This document shows positions 54,011-64,000 of a stretch of 64,000 nt of DNA, one piece after another. The translations under genes were made by a program, and so were the position numbers. Positions within the stretch are counted from its first letter, which is position 1. Every line of letters starts with the position of its first letter. Source of the DNA: Ginglymostoma cirratum (Eukaryota). The notes beneath the pieces were generated by a model. It worked only from the letters and a program-made list of their open reading frames with translations. It was not told where the DNA came from and made no database searches. The DNA is taken from positions 22,895,518 through 22,959,517 of the forward strand of contig JAHRHZ010000041.1 in the NCBI GenBank assembly GCA_024137785.1. The letters run 5' to 3'.

Positions 54011-55539
54011 ACAATTATACATGATAGAAAGAAACAATGTCGCAATTCATAGAACTGCCAATACAAAGAAGCAACATTTTTCAATACATGTTTTTAAAAT
54101 ACATTATACCACATTAAAAAAGACAAGAGCTTGCAGTATTGATATTAAGTACATAAAGAAAAACTTTCAGTTCGGGGATGATTTTGGAAAATAAAAAAGA
54201 AAATCCTCTGGTCAACATCTGTCTTGAAAGCAGAAATTAATTTAAATGTGGTTCCAATTTTCTTTTCCAAAGAGAATTCAGGAAACTTCCCCCACCCAAT
54301 CCCTATCCCCCATCGCTCAAGGTAATTTATAATTAAATATGTAACAATAAAGGGAACAAACTGCTGAAGAATATTAACAACCCTAAGAAGATTACCTAGG
54401 AAATGAACTAACATAATTAAGAGTGGGAGCCAGCAAGACGGAGCAAACAAATGTATTAAGCTAACAAAATCTTTGTCATGTTTGACACGACAAGAAATTC
54501 CAAAGGAAGAGGTGCAGGTCAAGGTATCAAAGACTGCAATATTAAACCTTTTGAACCAGGTATGTAAGGGCAAAATAATGCAACGGTAGCTAGATCATTT
54601 GCCACATTTGGTCTGTATATGGAGTTCTGTTGAGGAATCTGTAATAGTGGTACTAAAAGAGGTTGGTCTGCAGTTTGAACATTTCTTTATTATTTGTTAA
54701 GTCAGTCTTACACCTGGATGAACTGAACAAGATTTTCTCAAATGGCATCAGTAAACAGCCCCTTAGCTTTCACAAAACAGAAGAATTTGGCCAAGAAGCA
54801 ATAGATCCAAAATAGGTTTTAAAAGGCCAGAGAAACTCAATTTAGAATCATGGTGAATTTTTCAATTACCACAAGAAATTTGACAATTGCCCAGGACATT
54901 TGGAATCCTCTCTACATTCCACTTTCTACGTAATGTCTTCATTAGTTCAATCTATTAATGGAAACTGTTAACTTCCAATTGATGATGAGATTACTTTGTT
55001 ACAGACTGCCATCTTTTAAAATTTTCCAAATAGTGTCATGAAACCAGAACCCAGTCATACAAATTTAAGCCTCAGTTCAACATTTCATCCAAAAGACTAC
55101 ATTTGCAGCAATCTCTCAAAACAGGACTGGAGTATCAGTGTTGATTTTTGTGTCCAAGCCCTAGATTGGGATTTGAACCCAAAAGCCTTGTGATTTGGAA
55201 GTAAGCATGCTACCAAATGAACCATATCAGATGCTGAGATTTATATTTCAAGCAAAGAAAAATAGTGTTACGGAGAAAGAGGAGAATAGTAAGAATTAGT
55301 AGGGACACTATGAATTGATTGACCTTCTCGTTTGTGACCTACTGATGTTGTATGGATGGATTGCACCTTCCATTAGTAGCAGTTTCCGTCACTAAAGGAA
55401 GGCATGATCTAAGTCTTGTCCTGATGCCACACAAAGAAACACAACCTCAATGTAATTGCCAAGTACTGAATTTGCTTAAATTCTGCTATATGTAAAGAAA
55501 GGTCATCATGGCTTTGAAGGCTGAAGTCTTTAAAATTTT

Positions 55540-56532
55540 TTTTTCTTTATTTCATTAACGGTATGAGGGCATCGCTGGCTAGGCAGCATTTATTGCCCAT
55601 CCCTAATTGCTCAAAGGGCAGTTGAGAGTCAACCACATTACTGTGGGTCTGGAGTCACATGTAAGCCAGACCAGATAAGGATGGCAGTTTCCTTCCCTAA
55701 AGGACATCAGTGAACCAGGTGGGCTTTTTCCAACGATCAGCAATCTGCATCATTAGATTCATTATTTTATTGAATTCAAATTCCACCATCTGCCGTGGCA
55801 GGATTCAAACCCAGATCGGAAGCTTGGGGACCGCTTTGCAGAACACCTATGCTCAGTTCGCACTAAACAACTGCACCACCCAGTCCCCCTCCCATTCCTC
55901 AGATGACATGTCCATCCTGGGCATCCTGCAGAGCCACAATGATGCCACCCGAAGGTTGCAGGAACAGCAACTCATATTCCGCTTGGGTATCAATGGTATC
56001 AATGTGGACTTCACAAGCTTCAAAATCTCCCCTCCCCCCACTGCATCCCTAAACCAGCCGAGCTCATCCCCGCCTCCCTAACCTGTCCTTCCTCCCACCT
56101 ATCCCCTCCTCCCACCTCCCACCTACTAACCTCATCCCACCCCCTTGACCTATCCGTCCTCCCTGGACTGACTTATCTCCTCCCTAACTCCCCACCTACA
56201 CTCACCTTTACTGGCTCCATCCCCGCCTCTTTGCCCTATCTGTCTCCTCTCCACCTATCTTCTCCTCTATGCATCTTCTATCCACCTCCCCCTCTCTCCC
56301 TATTTATTTCAGAACCCCCTTCCCCTCCCCCATTTCTGAAGAAGGGTCTAGGCCCGAAATGTCAGCCTTCCTGCTCCTCTGATGCTGCTTGGCCTGCTGT
56401 GTTCATCCAGCTCTACACCTTGTTATCTCAGATGCTCCAGCATCTGCAGTTCCTACTATCTCTCCCCAGAATATTAGCTGGGTCTCTGGATTAACAGTCT
56501 AGCAATAATACCACTAGGCCATCGCCTTCCCC
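55540..56532 (-). mobile_element. tRNA-derived SINE split by a Penelope insertion (SINE parts 55540-55817 and 56463-56532)
   Basis: The two parts join into a complete copy of the 8335-8640 family (ggattcaaacccagatc | tccccagaatattagctgggtctc). Confidence 0.85.
55818..56462 (+). mobile_element. Penelope 3' fragment (GIY-YIG C-terminus, UTR and terminal repeat)
   Basis: gcttggggaccgctttgcagaacacc (LGDRFAEH), DDMSILGILQSHNDATRRLQEQQLIFRLG; hammerhead-like core at about 56336-56363. Confidence 0.9.
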
Positions 56533-59500
56533 TATAAAAAATCTTTAAAATACAAATTTTTCACAAAGCATAGAACAATGAAACAGCCAATAAAATAAAT
56601 TAGTATTTGGATGGCAATGTGCATTTCAACATTGAAAGGTTAAGAAAACTGTAAATACTAATATCAATTTGGGAATGGTGAATATCAGAAGAAAATGCAA
56701 AGATGGAGCATGCTCTGACTATATTGGAGTTAAGCTATGGCTAATTTAAGAATACTTAAAGCAGAAAGTTGGCATAAAGAAGAAAACATTTAATTTCCTG
56801 CCATTGCATCAAATCACCTATGTATATACACAATAAACTGAATAAAATCTAATTGGATAAAAACTGAAAGATTGGGTCTATTTATGGCTAGCCCCCATCT
56901 GTTGTGGCCTGGCATGCTTATAAGCAGCTAATTTGTTTATTAAAGAGTCACTGAAACCAATTTTCCTCAAAGTACACTCTGTCCTCGGCAGGAAGTGGCA
57001 GCAAAAGAGACCAAGACCACAGCAGCAGGTCACCATCCCTTTATCTTGCGCAATGATTTCCTCAGTGTCCCTGGTGAATCGGGTAGGATGTGGAACAGAT
57101 ACACTCACAAGGCTGGAGCAAGGTTATTCCATATAAATTGGATGGAATAAGTGCCCAGAAAAAAAGGAACCTCTGACTCTGCACCTAAGTCCTGACAGAT
57201 CAGAGAATATTGGGAGGACCTGTCAGAGCTATCCAGATGAATATTTTCTTTTGCTGGACTAGGACTGGACAGCTCTGGTTCTCTTTTATCAAGGTAGCTA
57301 GGATGCAATTCAAATAGTGGCTATTACTACTGCCATAAACCCCTATCCTATCTTCAAGAACTATGTTGTACACGAGAAGGGACTTGTATTGCTGGAGTAT
57401 CTGCCATAAATTGATGACCAAAATCTTAAAATACAGTTAAGGTCCATGTTGAATCAAATCAATTGATTGAACTTGGTTTCACTCAGCCTTACGTAGGATT
57501 TGGGATTGAAATGAGTCGAGAAAAGTCTACTTTGAAGGTGCTAAATAAATTAACTGGTATTTTTCAATATTGTAACATTCCAAATTATTTTTAATCTTTG
57601 AGTGTTATTCTGTGTGAGCAATTACTGTTGTGAAAATTCCCAATTTACAGCAATGAAAAAATGCTTCACATAACTCAAAGGGAAAGACACCTAACATCAA
57701 TACAATAAATGATTTGCTTTACTGCCTGTGATCAATAAAGACAGTTACTGCTTTTCCTTGTCTGTTTATCCCTTCAGTTAGTGTTTTGAGTAACTCTGTA
57801 AATCAGTAAGATGTCTAATTCTTCTGCGAGAATCGTAAGAATCATTAATGATGTAGATTTTCGAGCCAACAGAAACAGGGAAGCTAGTTTGCAACCAATC
57901 ACTGTACAGGAACAGAGTGAAAACTGTTCCTGAAAACTCTGAAAATTGCAACTGTTTTAACAAACCTTCTTAATGCAACACAAGGTCTCAGGACTTACAT
58001 GGGACCCTGAAGAAATTCATGGCTCATTCACTGCCTATTGATGCTAGATGAAGAATGATCAAAACTGCCACCTTAAAAGGATCGCCCTAGATCCATTCAT
58101 TTTCAGAATGATCAGGCTAGATATTACATGTCCCAGCTCAGTGTGTCTTCAGATAGAGAGCATATAAAATAGGGAGGATGTTGAGCTCATGGCTCTCACA
58201 TTCGTTCCCAAGCTCACCTCCATAATTCAGAGGGTAGATGGGTGCAGGAGCCTTTATAAATAGATATGAAAGTTTTAACTAAGATTGTTAAAAGCTCAAC
58301 TGACCCCACCACTACGCTGTCCATGCTGTAACACTTATGGCTTGAGTAGGCAGGCAAGAGCGTACAGCCTGATCTAAAAACAATTTGAATGTGCGGAAAG
58401 GATTGGAGTACTATCTTTGGAGGATGCCCTTTGGTCATCAAGAGAACACCCCCCAGCAGACAGTATGACTTCCTCCTTCCTCTCTATGTGTAATTTCAAA
58501 CCCATCCCTTCCTGATACTATGGCTGAAACCACATCCCTGTGCAGCATTTCAAGGAGGTGGCCCACTGTCACCTTTGAAAGACCAACCAGGAATAGGTAG
58601 GGCAGTAAATACAGGGCTACCCCGTGATGCCCACATCCAATGAATGAATCAAAAACTCTCCCCTCCCAGTGCCCTTTCCTTACTTGTGTCCAGGGATCCT
58701 TGAGTCCATTCAGCCTTCTCCTTGAGACTAAATGCAGTACCGGCAATACCCACTATGGAGCTCTGGCACTGCCAGGTTGGCCAAAGCTGCTGGCCAATCA
58801 ATTTGACCAGCAGCTCCAGGAGGTGGGGCTCTCTTGCACTGAGGGGTAGCAGTTCTACAATACACCAATTTAGCCTGCCAGTGGTTTGTAATGGCTGCTG
58901 ATCAGGTTTATTCGGAATCTGTCGGCTGGTTGCTACCTTTCCTTCTTGGACCACTTCTTGAGCACAATAACAGCATTGATATTCTTCTATTCCAACCAAT
59001 CTTCCACCTAATGTTGCATGAGATGCCAACCACTGCCAACATGTAGTTGGGAAGCTCACTATCCTTATTCTCTGATTGGGTCTACTTGTCCTAGACCTAT
59101 AAAGGAAACCAGCAGGCAGCCCAATGTGAAGATTCATGTCTTGTACAAGATGTAGTTTATTACATGATAGCAATCAGGTATAATTTACATTAGTATGTTA
59201 AATTTGTCACTAAGCTGATTGGGCGACACAAGGTAACACAGCTGTCCTCTTAGAAATGCAAAGATATTTTATCAAAGATATTCTGTCTTTCCCTACCCAA
59301 GTCCTTCTGAGGTCACCAGATTGGATGGAGCTTAATACAGTCTTAATCCAGTCTTCAGCATTAATCTTTTCAAAACCATCACCTTATATAACAGCCAGCT
59401 GCAAGAATGTTTGCGTCTCTCTCAACCCATCAAAAATTCTCTTCCTTCTTTACAGTCTTGAGAACTCTAACTTATTACCTATCTCTGCCTTTTCACTTTT

Positions 59501-59844
59501 CAAATATAAATGAGGCCTTAAACATCAAAACGGCTCTGGCCTCTTACCAAGGACATTGAGTGGAAGGTGCAATATCTCTACCCACTGCATACTTGATGCC
59601 TGCTATTCATGAAAATCATCCCCAAATGTCCTAGTTGCTGATTTCGTCAGTGTCCTTAAAATCTTTTAAGTCCCATGGATTAATAACCTCATATCCAAGA
59701 AGGCAAATGTGAGGTTGAACTGAGTAACACACAGCAGGAAATGCCTTTTCAATGCTGAGTTGCATGAGTTCACCCCATGTTATACGAGCATTGAAAGAAA
59801 TTGGAAATTTTGTAAAGATGTCTGCTGTGAATCATTAAGCTGTG

Positions 59845-59850
59845 TTTATT
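59845..59850 (-). terminator. Candidate polyadenylation signal AATAAA
   Basis: tttatt on plus, about 110 nt downstream of the stop of the candidate terminal exon. Confidence 0.45.
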
Positions 59851-59961
59851 GTCAATACCATGACTAGGAAACAGAAATGACCACACATGCACGGAGCACA
59901 TGCAACTTTTCAGTCGGCTCATTAAAATCAGCAGACACTACAGTATGGAAGAGTTGACTAG

Positions 59962-60150
59962 TCAGTGTGTGGTTTTACATAGAAACAGCCCTCGGTGCTC
60001 AGCCATCACCTCACTCATTGTCCTGCTCTCTGAGTAGCGATGGGTGAACTCAACAACAAAGGTGTCAGGGTGGGGTGGGGGCAGGGGGGAGTCCGTGAGT
60101 GGCAGGCCAGCCGGAAGACTATTGGCGTAGTGTGAAGTCCTCACTGCCAT
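59962..60150 (-). CDS. Candidate terminal coding exon of an unidentified host gene (MAVRTSHYANSLPAGLPLTDSPLPPPHPDTFVVEFTHRYSESRTMSEVMAEHRGLFLCKTTH*)
   Basis: Non-repetitive, locally GC/CpG-richer; acceptor tgtatag immediately before; open frame to TGA; phase-0 compatible with the upstream exon; AATAAA downstream. Protein not recognised. Confidence 0.55.
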   Translation of the reverse strand: MAVRTSHYANSLPAGLPLTDSPLPPPHPDTFVVEFTHRYSESRTMSEVMAEHRGLFLCKTTH

Positions 60151-60255
60151 CTATACATGCACAGATAATACATACTTCATTAATCATTATCCATCAGTTT
60201 GGCTATTCATTGCATTTGTTTATACTGGCAGATAAATATTGAGCACATTTTTTAC

Positions 60256-60302
60256 CTGGTCAGGTCGTGTCATCTGTAGCATCTTATGGCAGATGTTGAT
60301 AG
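60256..60302 (-). CDS. Candidate penultimate exon (xINICHKMLQMTRPDQ)
   Basis: cag acceptor (weak pyrimidine tract) and CAG|GTAAAA donor; only one frame is open to the donor and it joins 60150 in frame across a 105-nt intron. Confidence 0.45.
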
Positions 60303-60943
60303 CTGCGCAGGTAGTTTATGCAATTGGCAGAAATAAGGAATCACGACTCAAATATGTCTAATATGTACGCTGGATTGCTAAATAACCACCTCACCATTAA
60401 AGCATGTTGTGAGACATCTAATATCATCACACATGGAACAGCAAACAATAGACAGCACAGAACTTCGTTAGTGTTATTTCTTCAGTTGATTTTTATCTAC
60501 TATTGCTTGATTTTCCTCCCACTTTCTGCATAAATAATCATGTTGCAACATTCCTTTTATGTTTTCTTTTCATAAACTTTCCTGATTTATTCTTCATCTG
60601 CATAACATTTCTGGAATGTTAACAAACATAGCTATAACCTCAAACAAGATCTATTAACATTTAGGGGTCACTAAGTATAGAAATGTGTTTCTAATTGACT
60701 AAATGGAGCAGAGAAGAATTATAGTTCAATCTGGCATTTCAGGATCAAATGGTCATTCACATATGTTTCTTTTCTTCTAATACTTCTAGTACAAATTTAA
60801 CTTAGGGTTACACTGGCAGTAAATAAAGCAAACTTTGAAAATGGTGCAAAGATTTCTGCAATATTTTAAGAAATGGAATGTAATAATCTCTATGCTTTTG
60901 TGCAACATACAACATATCTGAGATATACATATCCTACATGTCA

Positions 60944-61832
60944 TGTTATAAAGCGGAGGTTGACCCCACTCTGAGACCCAAAACCAGAACACCTAATGAG
61001 GAGCACCTCATCCTATAATCTGTAAAAGAAATGTGAAAAGTGGTGTAACCTGCTTTTCAGCAACTTCTAGTGTTTAAATAGATCCCTGCCTCTCACTTTA
61101 AAATCAACAAGTAACAATTTATTTATCTAACTCTAACAGTGAACAAATTAACTAAACTATTAACAAAACAAATAAATCCCTTCCAACTACTAACTATTCC
61201 TGAATAAAGCAAGATTCTGATGGTATGCTGTTCCAATAAATATAAGTCCCACTGTTCCCCAAAATTACGGCAAGGTTATGTGTTTTCCGGAATGTTCTGT
61301 ACCTTCTCTATAGATTCTTCGGTCAGGAATGCCTTCTCCGTTGATTCTTCTGTCAGGAATATTAACTAGTTGTGCTGTTGGTATCGTTGTTATCTAGATG
61401 GTGCTTTCTCTGAGATGTAGACAAGGCTGTGAGAGCCAGTGATTTGCATTTGAGCTGAGGGCCATTAGGTCTGGCGGATGGCAGCTAGGTCTGGGATCTT
61501 TGCCCAACTGCCCCCTTCTTTTATACTCTTGATGACATATCAATATTCTTTACAATAGGATTGGTCCTACTTTGTCAAAACCATCACACTTAGATACTAA
61601 AAGATCTATTAATTTAAGTACCTGGTTCAAATTGATTGGCTAAATTCAAAAGCCTGTTGTCTTGGTTAAAAAAAAACGCTGCTTGGCCTATGAACTGTAT
61701 GGCCTTTTGATACAAAATGTTTCAATTTGGGTGCTCTCTGTTACTTGCAAACTTTCAAGCTGCTGCTCACAGGCATCCATTTTAAATCTCTAAGAACAGA
61801 AAAAGCACATGATACTTTAAAGGGACCTCACA
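60944..61832 (-). mobile_element. Probable solo LTR of about 890 bp
   Basis: TG...CA ends; on minus, CCAAT (61560-61564), TATAAAA (61519-61525) and AATAAA (61118-61123) occur in U3-R order. No TSD found. Confidence 0.55.
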
Positions 61833-62699
61833 ATGCTTTCCCTACTGGCATTTTACAAACACCAAGTTCTAACTTCCTGCCTCCCAATCCACCAGTACTC
61901 TACCCAACTTTGCAATAATCATAAGGCCCACATCTGATGGCAACTAGACGATAAAATGTTTCAAGACATTGTTATTGGAGCTTAGGAATGGGAATTGGTC
62001 AGTTAGCTCTCAAGATCCAATTCTGACATCTACTGAGAGCATGGCTGATCTGTAGCTTAAATCTATGTACCCCATTTTACCCCATATTCCTTAATAAAGT
62101 AACTTCTCAAACATCTGCTTTGTATGACCCCATTTTAATGCCTCAGACTTTATGTAAGCTGACGATGATGATTAAGTGTTAGGAGAGCTACTTGTTGAGT
62201 TTGAATGGGGTGGAGGTTAAGAAATTGCGCTTGCTCCATCTCCCCATCCTTCATACATCCCCCATATCATCTTCCTTCACACTCCATTTCCCATTCCTTT
62301 GTACACCCCCATCTCCTCCACCTTCATCTCCGTGACCCCCCTCCTTTATATCCCTAACTTTGGGCGCACCTAATTTCCAGTAAAGCATGCAGTCTAATCA
62401 CTGCAGTAGCCATTGTTGCCTCAATACTTATAATCTCAAAATCCTATCTTACGACCTAAATGGAGGTCTTGGCTCGCAGTTAAGAAGATCTGCCTTAATA
62501 CTTTAAGTTAACAAAACTCTATCAATCTCAGTTTTGAAATTGACAATGGACCTTGCACCAATCACTGTTTCCAAAACAGAGTTCCAAATTTCATCACTGA
62601 TTATTTGTGAACAAAGTATTTCCCAGCTTCACTCCTCAAAGACTTGACACGCATGTTTCATTATTTCTCATAGACTTTGACTCCTAAGTCAGTGGAAGA

Positions 62700-64000
62700 T
62701 TGATAGGTTATTAGCTTGAGGACTGTTGAACTTTGATTCTGATCTTGATTAGTCTGTGAATTGTTTCACCACTGGAGGATCTTTTATCTCTTTCATGTCC
62801 TTCACTGAGGATGTTGATTCTGTTAACTCAATAATTGGTCCATTTTCTTATCTGAAGGACCTTTAATCTTCCAAATTTCCACTTCAGAGGAACTCCTCCT
62901 TGCTATCTTACATAGTTGTCCCATAACATCACCTGTGACACTCTTAATCTCATGAATGTCCATCATGGAATATGACTGTTCAGTTACAACAAGGATTTTC
63001 TTTCTTCGAGTATCCTGGATTTCTGAAACGGTAAGTCTTTGTTGATTTGAACAGTATTCTCCTTTTTATAGTATCCTCAATGTTCAGACGAGGCAACACC
63101 TTTTGGTGACCATATCCTGAATCAAGGATGGTCTGGTTTCCACAGAGTCACATGCAGCTTCATCTTTATTTTGAAGCACACCTTCACTCTCAATCTGCTG
63201 ATACATCTGTCTTAAAGTATGCTCGCTCTTCAACTTGTTGATGAGGTCGGATATCTTCATTCACCCTCTGCAGTTGTCATATTGGTGGACCAGACATTTT
63301 CACGTCCTCAGTCATGTCACTGAAGAATTGCTGCTCTATCATCTCCACCTCTGCCACCAGCACTAACAAGTCCACTTCAAGAGACAATGATTAAAAAGTT
63401 ATTTGGTGATGATGGCAATGGAAAATATTTCCAGTGGTTCTGTAAAATGTATAACCTCCTTCCCGTTGACAGTGTGAAATAAATCTCTTATGTAATCTCA
63501 ATAGGTTCATTCTCTTCTGGGGTTAGGCAGACCAATGAAATTCTGTACTGGTTGCCCCTTGACCTGTTGATTGACGAAATTTTATTTCTGAATCAGTTGT
63601 TCTTGGGAGACAGGAACTCTTGAACTCATGCTACCACAAGGATGTTATGGCCCAGGATATGTGTGCGGGTTCAAATGTGAGAAGTAATGATTGTGAGCTA
63701 TATATTTTCAACTTTTATGCACCTTTTGTGTTGCAGTGTTACAGGTGGCATACACTTAATTTTGGGAGGTGATCCACCTGGACCATGTGTTTCATCTTTG
63801 TAGGCTGGAACTTCCGCTTCTTCATTCCTAGTATCTGATCAGATAGATTAGTGACACTTGTTCCAGTATCAGGCTTGAAATGGACACGATATGCACTGGC
63901 ATACATAAGTTCTGTGAAAGTCCGTTTGAGTGAATCATCAATTTCTCCTAGGAACACATCGCATAACTTTCCTAAGGGAATTAAAAGGAGGTTGTTCCCG
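62700..64000 (-). mobile_element. Degenerate Gypsy-like LTR retrotransposon internal region, running off the window end
   Basis: FLGEI...VHFKPDTGTSVTNLS resembles the retro-aspartyl protease motif FKLDTGAxVT; the downstream part is similar to 29150-29760. Confidence 0.6.

Noticed and set aside
54145-54573. 142-aa minus-strand ORF
   Set aside because: Low-information F/I/L-rich translation of AT-rich DNA; splice-like signals here are on the opposite strand.
58649-59173. 174-aa minus-strand ORF
   Set aside because: No recognisable motifs; overlaps repeat-like sequence and lacks convincing splice signals.
59962-59964. TGA read as selenocysteine
   Set aside because: No SECIS-like structure seen in the short downstream UTR.
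1-64000. CRISPR arrays, rRNA genes, prokaryotic operons or endogenous viral genes
   Set aside because: None seen; the sequence is eukaryotic and its repeats are dispersed transposon copies, not regularly spaced arrays.

Overview
AT-rich vertebrate genomic DNA dominated by decayed transposable elements. The HE1-type V-SINEs, HER1/CR1 LINEs and Deu-domain SINEs point to a cartilaginous fish, probably a shark (inference). Elements recognised: many CR1/L2 LINE fragments, a Rex1/Babar LINE, several families of Penelope-like elements (RT and GIY-YIG remnants), a Harbinger and a GTF2IRD2/Charlie-like hAT transposase pseudogene, two related Gypsy remnants, three LTR-like solo repeats, tRNA-derived SINEs and a degenerate tRNA-Cys(GCA). 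No intact protein-coding gene is recognisable. The best host-gene signal is two phase-compatible minus-strand exons at 60302-59962; these end in a UGA-CUAG readthrough context and are followed by AATAAA. Most notable: (1) repeated minimal hammerhead-ribozyme motifs at the ends of Penelope-derived repeats; (2) 80-175 bp Penelope-derived mini-insertions, several of them fold-backs, with 12-14 bp target-site duplications, clustered in a nested hotspot at 44.5-48.9 kb; (3) the readthrough-context stop codon. Family assignments come from remembered motifs, not database searches, and boundaries of old repeats are approximate.
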